DNA of 63,892 nt, filler included, from Pirum gemmata (lineage: Eukaryota), in assembly GCA_002812295.1 (NCBI GenBank). It is 18 parts of 18 records of this genome, joined end to end, with 100 filler letters (N's around TTAATTAATTAA, not from the genome) between each part and the next. Parts side by side here need not be neighbours in the genome. Positions count along the whole stretch, not along the records: positions 10,777 to 14,233 come from PDIN01002502.1; positions 14,334 to 17,778 come from PDIN01002503.1; positions 17,879 to 21,372 come from PDIN01002504.1; positions 21,473 to 24,933 come from PDIN01002505.1; positions 25,034 to 28,520 come from PDIN01002506.1; 13 more parts are not named here. One strand, written 5' to 3'. The position numbers and the translations under genes were made by a program. Below the pieces are notes generated by a model that was given only the letters and a program-made list of their open reading frames with translations, had not been told where the DNA came from and searched no databases. The first letter of the stretch is position 1. Each line of letters opens with the position of its first letter. Shown in pieces: positions 11,540 to 26,171 of the stretch.

Positions 11540-13535
11540 TAGTAATAGCTCGGTATTATCAATGTTTTTAAACATCCATAACAAATCTGTTTTGAAAACA
11601 CTATTTCCTTTTTTAGTGTACATAAAAGTTAAGGAGAATTTTTTTTTGTAGGCAAATTTTTGGCTTGAAAATATACCGAAACTTTTCAGTGGATATAACT
11701 TGGTCAAGGAAAAATCCCACTCAAACTTCGTATTCATTGAGCATTTCGTCATCAACCACTTTCTATAGCTCAATATCATCAACGTTTTTTTGATACCTTT
11801 TTGGAAATAACAATTTCCACTTATAGAACGCACGCTTTAATATTAGGTGCACATAAAATGAGCTTTTGGCTTGAAAATGTACCAAAACTTTTTCAGTGGA
11901 CGACGTGGATGACTTCGTCAAGGAAAAATTCATCAAGTATTTCGTCATTGACTACTCTCAATAGCTCGATATCTTTAATATTTTTAAACATCCATAACAA
12001 ATTCCCTTTGGAAACACGATTTCCACTCTTTGAAAGCACATTAATTAGGTGCACAAAAAATAAGTTTTCTCTTCGTGGAACTTTTCAGTGGATGACTTCA
12101 TCAAGGAAAAATTCATCGAGTATTTCGTCATCAACCACTCTCAATAGCTCGATATCATTAATATTTTGAAACATCCATAACAAATTCCCTTTGGAAACAC
12201 AATTTACACTCTTCGAACGCACATTTATTAGGTGCACAAAAAATAAGTTTTTTCTTCGTGGGCAAATTTTTTCAGTGGATGACTTCATCAAGGAAAAATC
12301 TCTCTCGAACTCGTAGTATTCATCGAGTATTTCATCATCAACCACTCTCAATAGCTCGATATTATTAATATTCTTAAAGATCCATAGCAAATCCCCTTGA
12401 GAAACACAATTTCCACTCTTTGAACGCACGTTTATTAGGTGCACAAAAAATAAGTTGGGTTTTAGGTGGGCAAATTTTTGACTCGCAAATGTACTAAAAC
12501 TTTTCATAGTGAATGACTTCGTCAAGGAAGAATCTCTCCCGAACTCGTTGTATTCATCGAATATTTCGTCATCAACCACTCTCAATAGCTCGATATTATT
12601 AATATTTTTCAACATCCATAACAAATCCCCTTGAGAACAATTTCCACTCTTTGAACCCACGTTTATTAGGTGTAAAAAAATAAGTTGCGTTTTTCGTGGG
12701 TAAATTTTTGACTCGCAAATGTACTAAAACTTTTCATAGTGAATGACTTCGTCAAGGAAGAATCTCTCTCGAACTCGTTGTATTCATCGAGTATTTCGTC
12801 ATCAACCACTCTCAATAGCTCGATATTATTAATATTTTTAAACATCCATAATAAATCCCCTTGAGAACAATTTCCACTCTTTGAACGCACGTTTATTAGG
12901 TGTACAAAAATAAGTTGCGTTTTTCGTGGGCAAATTTTTGACTCGCCAATGTACTAAAACTTTTCACAGTGAATGACTTCGTCAAGGAAGAATCTCTCTC
13001 GAACTCGTCATATTCATCGAGTATTTCGTCATCAACCACTCTCAATGGCTCGATATTATTAATATTTTTAAGCATCGATAACAAATCCCCTTGAGAAAAA
13101 CAATTTCCACTCTTTGAACGCACGTTTATTAGATGCACAAAAAATAAGTTGCGTTTTTTCTTCGTGGGCAAATTTTTGGCTCGCAAATGTACTAAAACTT
13201 TTCACAGTGGATGACTTCGTGACGGAAAAATCTCTCTCGAGCTCGTCGTGTTCATCGGGTATTTCGTCATCAACCACTCTCAATAGCTCGATATCATGAA
13301 AGTTTTTAAACATCCATAACAAATCCCCTTTGGAAACACAATTTCCACTCTTCGAACGCACGTTTATTAGGTGCACAAAAAATAAGTTGCGTTTTTTCTT
13401 CGTGGGCAAATTTTTGACTCGCAAATGTACTAAAACTTTTCACAGTGGATGACTTCGTTAAGGAAAAATCTCGTTCGAACTCGATTTCATCAATATCATC
13501 TCCATCATCCTCAACGTGCATTTCGTCATCAATCA
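11540..13535 (-). repeat. Tandem array of about 9 units (~180-240 bp) derived from the 3' end of the adjacent ORF
   Basis: Landmark TCATCAACCACTCTCAATAGCTCGATAT, with variants, near 11748, 11945, 12127, 12335, 12568, 12798, 13027, 13266. Confidence 0.95.
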
Positions 13536-13741
13536 TTTTAATGATATTCCCACATTCTCCTGTTTCCGAGCCACGGTTAGTTTGTGAAGAAGGCAGTCTA
13601 TTATAATGTTGGAGTTTTTGAGAGAGTGATTGTGTTGATTGTGTTGTATCATCATTATCATTATCATTGATATTATTATTATTATTATTTTCCGGAGGAG
13701 AGGGTGATAGGTTACCAACTTGTTGTTGCTGTTGTTGTCGC

Positions 13742-13802
<61 letters not shown>

Positions 13803-14019
13803 CTGATTCAACGGGTGGTTCTGGTTGTTCTACTATTTTGTCGCAACTAAGTTTTAGTTGTTGATGCTTTAATTGCCTTTTGAGATTGTTGTTGTGTTTA
13901 TTTAACATTATTCTTTGCCGACGTTCTCTTTTTTGTTGTTCGCGTATTTCGTAGCGACCAACCACATCCATCACGAAACAATTGGACATACATTGCAAGT
14001 TAACCTGAATTATTATCAT
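13306..14019 (-). CDS. PolyQ/N-containing protein (probably 3' part) ending in a possible PH-domain-like C-terminal strand and helix
   Basis: 237 aa ORF ending KFAHEEKTQLIFCAPNKRAFEEWKLCFQRGFVMDV, which resembles the L-x-F-x-A...EW motif that closes PH domains. True start or upstream exon uncertain. Confidence 0.6.
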
Positions 14020-14721
14020 TATTATTGTAAGTTAAAAGTTAGCGTTTCATTATATATAACAGAAAGCAACCAACAACCAATAACCAACAACCACAACAAC
14101 CACAACAACCAACAACCAACAACAGCGACAACAACAAAAATAATAAAAACAAAAACGAAAAAAAGAAAGATTAAAAGTAACATTTCATTATATATAACAA
14201 AAACCAACAACCAACAACCAACAACCAACAACCNNNNNNNNNNNNNNNNNNNNNNNNNNNNNNNNNNNNNNNNNNNNTTAATTAATTAANNNNNNNNNNN
14301 NNNNNNNNNNNNNNNNNNNNNNNNNNNNNNNNNAAAAAAAAAAAAAAAAAAAAAAAAAAATGTATATAATCATGAGGTCTTAGGATGTAATATAAATAAC
14401 AACAGAAAAAAAAAACCAAAACCAAAACCAAGACCAAAACAAAAAACCAAAAACCGACAACCCCAAAAACAAAACCAAATAATAAAAGAAAAAAATAATA
14501 ATAACAAAAACAACAACAATAATAATAATAATAATAATAATAATATATTTAATTGATAATAATAATAATACATTTAATTAATCATAATAAATTTAAAATT
14601 GAATTTTGACCCATTTTCACTCACTGCTTGTTAATTAGGTACATAATACTTTTTTAATTAAAACTCTACAAAGTTTCACATCTACATACCACCTAACATA
14701 AAAAACAATATTATAAACTGT

Positions 14722-15693
14722 ATGATAATGAAAGTTCAATTAATAAATATTTTCCTCACCTTCGTTGTTGGTTTGGTATTATTAAAATGTGACTATACCA
14801 ATTCTCATCCCACTACTGCCGCTATTACTCATACCCCCATCAACATCAATTTCAGCAAAAATTACATTAATATTCGCAATAGAAGAGTATTAAGTAGTAG
14901 CAGTAGTAGTACCGATAAGTGGGAACCTGAAGCTAAAAGGTTAAAAACAACAACAGCAACCGCAGAAAAAGAAAAATGCAGTATATGCATGGAATATATG
15001 AAAAACAACGAAGAAGAAATAAGTAAAACTAAATGCAATCATTGCTTTCACACTGAATGTTTGAAAAATGTACAAAGAAATTGTGCAAGAGAGACAGCAC
15101 AAAAATGTCCGAATTGTCGAGAAGATATTGATTTGTTAATTGGAGAGGAGGAATTATCAAGACCTTATGGAGATGGTGATGAAGTAGATGCGGCAGCTTT
15201 TCAAAGTGATAGTGACAGTGATAGTTCATCATCATCATCAGATGAAGAAGAAGAACAAGCAATCGGAATAAACACGCTGTCAACTACACTTGCAAGAGAA
15301 GTGTTAGGGTTTATTTCTTCTAATTTTGAAGAAAGAAACACCGCTTTTGTTCAGAGTTTTATTTTAAGGTTTCGGGGTAATCTTATTCGGTTCTTTACCT
15401 TATTTCAAGCAGGTGATATTAATCAAATTCTTCGTTATGATGCGAACCATTATCGAAGTGACAATCAAAACGTTGGTGGGGCGTTAACTCCACGATTACC
15501 TGTAGCAGAGATCAACAGCGCTGAAAAACAATTTTCAAAAGATATAATACAGAAACTAAGGGAAAGCATTATTAGTATATTGCATGTTAATAATAACGAT
15601 AGTTTGCTTACTCAACAACAACTTACAATGGTCGGTAACAGATTTGGTCGCTTGTTTCTAAGGGAATTTCGAAGGGTAGTCGTAGTTAGATAA
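14722..15693 (+). CDS. Signal-peptide-bearing RING-H2 zinc-finger protein (putative E3 ubiquitin ligase)
   Basis: Hydrophobic N-terminus LINIFLTFVVGLVLL; CSIC-x15-CNHCFHTEC-x15-CPNC; acidic Ser tract; intronless 323 aa. Confidence 0.85.
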   Translation: MIMKVQLINIFLTFVVGLVLLKCDYTNSHPTTAAITHTPININFSKNYINIRNRRVLSSSSSSTDKWEPEAKRLKTTTATAEKEKCSICMEYMKNNEEEISKTKCNHCFHTECLKNVQRNCARETAQKCPNCREDIDLLIGEEELSRPYGDGDEVDAAAFQSDSDSDSSSSSSDEEEEQAIGINTLSTTLAREVLGFISSNFEERNTAFVQSFILRFRGNLIRFFTLFQAGDINQILRYDANHYRSDNQNVGGALTPRLPVAEINSAEKQFSKDIIQKLRESIISILHVNNNDSLLTQQQLTMVGNRFGRLFLREFRRVVVVR

Positions 15694-16253
15694 GTAAAAG
15701 TTCAAATTCAACCTCTTTTAAAATTTTATTAATTTGATTTTAATAATTAATTTTAAGGGAATCATTTATATAATATGAATCCATGGGCAGTTCACATCTC
15801 CATTATTTCTATTGTTACTATGAAGATGACTATTAAGACAACTATATAGTATGTGACTTATCTCTATACTTACAATCATCATCGTATTCATAGAAACAAC
15901 AGCAATAGAGTTAATGAGCGTTTAATTAAAGAAAATCCAGGATCCCATGGGTTCATATCACTTATATTAGTTTAATTTTAGAAGGGTTTGTCTAATAATA
16001 TTACTCGATACCAAGAAAACTACAAACTATCAAATGCATAGGAGAATATAAAAGGAAAAAATGTAATAATAAAAAATTTTTTTTTTATTATGAATCTATT
16101 TATTTATTAATATTTAGTTATCATATAATATATAGAGAGTGTAATTACTTCTATAGCAAAGACAGAACCCTGGGGACATTATATATAAATCTATAAATAA
16201 TTTATATATTTTTTAATAATAATTTTATTATTTTTATTATTCATATTATTTAC

Positions 16254-16462
16254 TATCGAGCTTTTCAGTTATTTTGTCGTCATAAAATAAACAATAAATA
16301 GTACCAAATTAATATAATATAAATCCATTTCATTTAATTTGGTATATTTTATTATTTATTTATTTTTTTAAAAGTATCAATTAAAAAAATATTCTCNAAT
16401 TTAAATATTATAAACAGCCAAATAAATATTCGGAGTGACAAAATAAATGAAAAGCACAATAT
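16254..16462 (+). mobile_element. MITE-like family B, full-length (~208 bp) with ~25 bp imperfect TIRs
   Basis: TATCGAGCTTTTCAGTTATTTTGTCG ... TGACAAAATAAATGAAAAGCACAATA; at least 7 related copies in the window. Confidence 0.85.
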
Positions 16463-16569
16463 CGTAGTTATAAAATAGACCTCTAACTAAAACCTTTCCT
16501 TTTATTTGTGCGGGTTTTGTGGGCGAAGTAAATTTTCCGCACCTCTCCAATGAGAGTTTCGTTATAATA

Positions 16570-17360
16570 TATATAATAAATAGTACCAAATTAATACAAT
16601 ATACATCCATTTCATTTAATTTGGTATATTTTATTATATATTTATTTTTTTTAAAAGTATCAATTTAAATATTATAAACAACCAAATAAATATTCGGAGT
16701 GGCTACAGATAAGAGTAGCTAGTAGCTACTAGCTAGTAGTTAGTTAGTCGTTCGTCCTGTTTAAAAAATCGAGATTTCGAGTCTATATATTAATTAATAA
16801 GTACGAAATGTTCAAGCTTACAATTAAGTATTCAAATATATTTATTTATTAATAACTCCGAAAAAAATGAAAAAAAATGTTTTTTCGAACGGAGCTGAAT
16901 TTTGGCTTTTTTTTTTGACAGCAGAAATTCGATGTTTTCGGGTTTGAGCAGAATTGGGAGGCACTTCAATAATAATATAATAATAATAATTATTTACCAG
17001 TCAAATTTGAACCTTTTTCAAAATTTGGAAAATTTTGTCTTTTTGTAAGAATATGATTGGTGGTTTTTAGGCTATCTTTTTATGGGTAACTACTTTATTT
17101 GGTTGTTTATAATATTTAAATTGATACTTTTAAAAAAATAAATATATAATAAAATATACCAAATTAATACAATATACATCCATTTCATTTAATTTGGTAT
17201 ATTTTATTATATATTTATTTTTTTTAAAAGTATCAATTTAAATATTATAAACAACCAAATAAATATTCGGAGTGGCTACAGATAAGAGTATATAATAAAA
17301 TATACCAAATTAAATTAAATGGATTTATGTTGTATTAATTTGGTACTATTTATTGTAAAA
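16570..17360. mobile_element. Rearranged family B fragments, including a fold-back at 17094-17263
   Basis: 16585-16716 is nearly identical to 17159-17289; inverted arms at 17094-17167 and 17189-17263. Confidence 0.8.
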
Positions 17361-17442
17361 ATTACGTCAAAATGATGTAAAATTACTTCTTTTTTTGGCA
17401 ACTTACCCTCTGCGGGAAAGGTGAAACTATGAAAAAGGTTGG

Positions 17443-17535
17443 CTTCAAATACCCTAGTTCAAATATCCCTATCTAACTACCCCTCGACGTTAATTTCAGG
17501 TCAAATACCACCTACTTACCTACCCCAATATGACA
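17443..17535 (-). mobile_element. MITE-like family A partial copy
   Basis: Core CCCCTCGACGTTAATTTCAGGTCAAATACCACCTACTTACCTACCCC. Confidence 0.75.
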
Positions 17536-17718
17536 CTGAAATTTTCATTTTCTGCTGTGGCTGTGGCTTACTATTTTTAGCAAAAAATGAACTATTTAAA
17601 CTTAAGTTACTATATTAAGACTGTTCCAAAACAAATTTACTATTTTTGGTTTACAATTTACTTAATTGGGAAGTCATAAATGGCTTTTGGGAGGGTATTA
17701 TATTCCCCTATATCCAAC

Positions 17719-17778
17719 TAACCCTAAGTCCCTAACCCTAACCCTAACCCTAACCCTAACCCTAACCCTAACCCTAAC
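17719..17778 (-). repeat. (CCCTAA)n at the right contig end, wrong polarity for a true telomere
   Basis: C-rich strand is on + at a right-hand end. Confidence 0.85.
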
Positions 17779-18030
17779 NNNNNNNNNNNNNNNNNNNNNN
17801 NNNNNNNNNNNNNNNNNNNNNNTTAATTAATTAANNNNNNNNNNNNNNNNNNNNNNNNNNNNNNNNNNNNNNNNNNNNGGGGGGTAATGTGGGGACGCTA
17901 TGTTGGGACAGTGGGACAGTGGGACGGGGTTTTTTTTTATTATTTATAATTAGAAATTAAAAAAGAGAAATCTAAGATTCTTACTGGAAGATTGTAGACT
18001 TGTAGATCCCAACTGATGATGATGATGATT

Positions 18031-18066
<36 letters not shown>

Positions 18067-18459
18067 ATCAGCCACGTATTCACACTGTATTCACAGTGTA
18101 TTCACCCACATTATTATTAGCCTAAAATAGCTAAAATATTAGGCTCACATCGAGTCACATCTTCACATGTATCTATGCGGAGACTATGCCTCCATAGGAC
18201 CATAGACCTTTGGAATTTAGATCATCATTTTCATTATTTATATAATAATATATACTATAGTTTGTTTGCAAACATTTTTCTGGAGCTTTTCATTCGCTAC
18301 GAAGTGATTTTTTTTTTGGTTTTGTTTTCACCCTCCTTGTACAATTATACTAAGTTACTAACCTCCCTTTATTATTTGACTATTACACAATAATATAAAA
18401 TAAATGTACAACTTTCAATATCCGATACTATGTATACCAATTCTACTTTTTCTTCTAAT

Positions 18460-18460
18460 T

Positions 18461-18534
<74 letters not shown>

Positions 18535-18610
18535 GTTGCTGCTGCTGTTGTTGTCCTTGCTGCTATAGCTACTACTACTACTACTACTACTATTAAAATA
18601 TATTTTACTG

Positions 18611-18646
<36 letters not shown>

Positions 18647-18722
18647 TTACTACTACAACTACTACTACTACCACTACTACTACTACTACTAGTACTACCA
18701 GTACTACTACTACTACTATCAA

Positions 18723-18761
<39 letters not shown>

Positions 18762-19050
18762 ACTACTACTACTATAGTTACTACTACTACTACTACTACT
18801 AATATAGTTACTACTACTACTACTACTAATACTACTACTACTACCAGTACTACTACTACTACTACTACTACTACTATTACTACTACCACTACTACTACCA
18901 CTACTACATAGTTACTACTGCATATTATACTACTACGTATGCCTACCACTACCACTACTATTACTACTGCTGCTAATATATTATACTATTACTGCTACTA
19001 CTACTACAACTTCTATTTCTACTACTTCTACTTCTACTATTAATACTACT
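18460..19050. repeat. (ACT)n microsatellite field
   Basis: Direct reading of the sequence. Confidence 0.95.
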
Positions 19051-19923
19051 ACGTATACACTAGCTACTGATAACAAAAATTATGGTTAAAATTAAAAGAT
19101 AACTACTACTATATATATATAGTTACTGTAATTACTAGCTATTAAAAATAATACTGTACATGTGTATCTAAAGTATAACCTTATAATCGATTAATTAATT
19201 AACCCTTACATTTTTATTATTATCATATTGTATTACTACTAGTGCGTATACGTATATGAGTCGTGTATGTATATCAATACTAAGTCTAAATATTATATTG
19301 TTATGTACTATAATCACATACTAAATGGATTTCTGAGGTCCAGAATTCGCACATTTTGTCACTTTTATCGCATTAATTAATTTAAGTGTCTATTATAGTA
19401 CATTATAATTTTTAAAACTAATTCTACGTATACTACTACTACTTTTACTACTACAACTACAACAACTACTACTACTACTACAACGACTACAGTAGTACTA
19501 CTGCTATCACGACTATTGCTATATTATGTTGTATATAATATAATATTGTAATTACGTGATTATGTTTCTGTGGTTTGCAATAGTAACAATAATACCCTAA
19601 CCCTAAACCTAATCCTAACAGTCCCTAACAGCTCTTAACAGTCCTTTATTATAACAGTCCCCAACAGTCCCTAACCTAACCCTGACCCTATACCTAACTT
19701 TAACCTAACCCTAATCCTATACCTAACTTAATTAAACCCTAACCTCTAACAGTGCACATGTAACCGGGAAATTACTTTTTATGAAGAGAATACAAGCTCT
19801 AACTTTAAAGAGTCTTTTCGATTCGAGTTTTTTTATTTCAGGAGTTTACAAGTTGGGTTTGGGTTAGGCTTACTCATAATTATATATTAGAATACATTTC
19901 TTTCAATTTTATTTGTATTTTTC

Positions 19924-20156
19924 TAAGCCGGATAAAACGGTAGAATCATTTTTTTTAGACTTCTTTTCTAAAATTTTTAATTATAACTAGCCAAATTATT
20001 TTTAAAAACTAGCCATTGGTTCATAATAGAGTTTTATTAGTTAATTATTTTCCAATAATATGGTAGTACTTATATCTAAATTGGATACTTTTGAGATTTT
20101 TTGGTTTTGAGCTGTCGCCATATTCACCCGGCTTGGTAATTTAAAAATAGTAATAA
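19924..20156 (+). mobile_element. MITE-like family E, full-length (~230 bp), short TIR C(C/T)AAGCCGG...CCGGCTTGG
   Basis: Related copies at 11029, 33111, 54256(-), 61221 and 61638(-). Confidence 0.8.
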
Positions 20157-20987
20157 TAATAATTATTTATAACAAAAAAATAAAATCACACATAGACTAC
20201 AAACCGACAACTTTTTCAACTACTTTTTCAACATAAAAAAATCGAGTTTGAACTTTTTTTATTATTTTAACGTTTCGAATATAATTAATATATATATTTT
20301 ATTTTCGATCAACTTTCAAAAAAATCGGCTGTTTTGTATAGTTAGTTGTCTTTAGCCTATGTAAGCCATGCAGATGCGCCAATGGTCCGATCAGGGCAGG
20401 ATCTGGAGGCTGGAGCAGCTGATCTGAAACTTCTGGCTGCAAATAATTTATTTGGTATGTTTTAATGTATTAATTAGATTCACAATAAATCTTTAAATTG
20501 CAGCAAATTAACAAAACATGCGCAATTAAAATTAATTTGGTTAGTTTATTTTCGATTTGTTTTTTTGTTCTTGTTTTTGTTTTTTAATTGGCTATAAGAA
20601 AATGATATATACCAAAAAAGTATATATTATATTATCAATTTAGGCCTCTAGCTAGCTAGTAGTTCTCCGAATTCTGCCCGGGTAGAATTTGGCCTTTTTC
20701 GAGAAATGACAAAATGGTGTTTTTCCTCTCTAACTCGATCAAAAATTAATTTTTTGCAAAAAAAAAAAAAAAAAAGGGGGATTNNNNNNNNNNNNNNNNN
20801 NNNNNNNNNNNNNNNNNNNNNNNNNNNNNNNNNNNNNNNNNNNNNNNNNNNNNNNNNNNNNNNNNNNNNNNNNNNNNNNNNNNNNNNNNNNNNNNNNNNN
20901 NNNNNNNNNNNNNNNNNNNNNNNNNNNNNNNNNNNNNNNNNNNNNNNNNNNNNNNNNNNNNNNNNNNNNNNNNNNNNNNNNNNNNNN

Positions 20988-21080
20988 TTAGGGTCTAGCT
21001 AGGGTTAGGGTTAGGGTTAGGGTTAGGGTTAGGGTTAGGGTTAGGGTTAGTTAGGGTTAGGGTTAGGGTTAGGGTTAGGG
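20988..21080 (+). repeat. Interstitial (TTAGGG)n tract
   Basis: About 13 hexamers abutting a family A element. Confidence 0.9.
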
Positions 21081-21223
21081 AGCATTCAAATGCTACACAA
21101 CGCCCAATTTCCGGTCAAGTACTGCTTCAAATACCCCTACCTTCCTACCATTTGAAGTTTATTTCCGGTCAAATACCGCCTACCTACCTACCCCTTGATG
21201 TGACATATTATTTGAATGTTCTC
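21078..21223 (-). mobile_element. MITE-like family A, full-length, PIF/Harbinger (Tourist)-like, TTA target duplication
   Basis: tta|GGGAGCATTCAAAT ... ATTTGAATGTTCTC|tta. Confidence 0.85.
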
Positions 21224-21620
21224 TTAGAGATAGGGATATGAAAATCAAACTTTTAAGTTAGGGTTAGGGTTAAATTAAATAATAATAATAATAATAAATA
21301 AAATAAAATAAAAGAAAAATTCTCCCCTATTTAAAAAAATTGGGGAGAATGAGTGAAATTATTGTCAATGGCNNNNNNNNNNNNNNNNNNNNNNNNNNNN
21401 NNNNNNNNNNNNNNNNTTAATTAATTAANNNNNNNNNNNNNNNNNNNNNNNNNNNNNNNNNNNNNNNNNNNNAACAATAACAATAACAAAAACAAAAACA
21501 AAAACAAAAACAAAAACAAAAACAATAACAAAAACAATAACAAAAACAACAACAGCAACAACAACAAAAATAATAACAACAATAACAATGTTTTTTTAAT
21601 TTTTTTTTAATATCATTTAG

Positions 21621-24815
<3,195 letters not shown>

Positions 24816-24816
24816 A

Positions 24817-24933
24817 TAACCCTAACCTTAACCTTAGCCTTAACCTTAACCTTAACCTTTTAACCCTAACCCTAACCCTAACCCTAACTCTAACACTGAC
24901 CCTAACTCTAACCCTAACCCTAACCCTAACCCT
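24817..24933 (-). repeat. (CCCTAA/CCTTAA)n tract starting just after the stop codon
   Basis: Direct reading; wrong polarity for a chromosome end. Confidence 0.9.
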
Positions 24934-25315
24934 NNNNNNNNNNNNNNNNNNNNNNNNNNNNNNNNNNNNNNNNNNNNTTAATTAATTAANNNNNNNNNNN
25001 NNNNNNNNNNNNNNNNNNNNNNNNNNNNNNNNNAAAACATCAAAAAAAGTTTCGAGTGAAAGAACTTGATTCTAGAATAGATAATATTATTTTATCAAGG
25101 ATTTCTAGAAAATGATGGTTTTTTTTAAAAAAAATAACTGTTTTTTAAAATTCTTCAGGGAAGAAAATTAAAACACTAATTAACTAATAATAATGTGTTT
25201 TGATTTAAAAAAAACATTTATAATTAAAAAAAAAAACACCAATATGAAGGTCAGAAAGTCAGAAATGATATTTGTACGATACGTACTGGTACTATCTGGT
25301 CCTATCATGATTCAT

Positions 25316-25514
25316 GGAGCGTTCAAATAATACGTCACGTCAAGGGGTAGGTAGGTAGGTGGTATTTGACCAGAAATAAACGTCGAGCGGAAGGTAGGTA
25401 GGTAGGTGGTATTTGACCGGAAATAAACGTCGAGGGGAAGGTATACGTAGGTAGGGGTATTTGAAGCTGTAGATTTGACCGGAAATTGGCGTTACGTAGT
25501 ATTTGAACGCCCCC
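25316..25514 (+). mobile_element. MITE-like family A, full-length with internal duplication
   Basis: GGAGCGTTCAAATAATACGTCACG ... CGTTACGTAGTATTTGAACGCCCCC; internal (GGTA)n blocks. Confidence 0.85.
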
Positions 25515-26171
25515 TAGCTAGAGCTAGCTAGCTAGCTAGTAGTAGCTAGAGCTGGTTTGCTTTTCATTTTTTAAAATGTCTTCTCTAGCTACCTAGCTAC
25601 TAGCGTAGCTAGCTAGAGCTACTGGACTAGAGTCACTACTAGCTAGACCCCTAGCTAGCTAGCACTAGACTCGGTCTATATATGATATATCTACTCCCCT
25701 CGAATCGTGAGAGGTTTTTTTTTTTTTTTTTTGGTGCTTTTTTTGGGGTTTTTTTTTTTTTTTTTTTTTTTTCTTGTTTTTTTTCTTTATTAGCTCTAGT
25801 ATTAGACTATTATAGTATCAAACTAACGTATATAAATACCCCAACTCCTCAATACTCTCTTCTCATATCCCAATCCGAATAACCATGACCTTAACCACAA
25901 GCATCCCTTTTGTAACGACTAAAAACACTTATATATTATTTATAAGCAGTTGATAAGGGTACGATAGAAAAGAAATGGAATGTAAATAGTATAAGTTGGA
26001 TTTTTATTTTACGATAAAAAAATTTAAAAATCAATGCTCAATTTTGACTGAATGAGTCCCTGGGTAAGTCGCATAATCATTGGTATCGATAAGCATCTTA
26101 TCACTAGTCCAGTTCAAAACATCAAAACATCCTTACCGTTATAATATATAATTAGCTATAGTAATAATTTA

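Noticed and set aside
11447..13424. Several minus-strand ORFs in the array as a paralogous gene family or programmed frameshift chain
   Set aside because: They switch frame irregularly through indels and contain stops; better explained as decaying copies of one gene end.
24817..24933. CCCTAA tracts at right contig ends (also 17719-17778) as chromosome ends
   Set aside because: Wrong strand polarity for a terminal telomere; these are interstitial tracts where the assembly broke.
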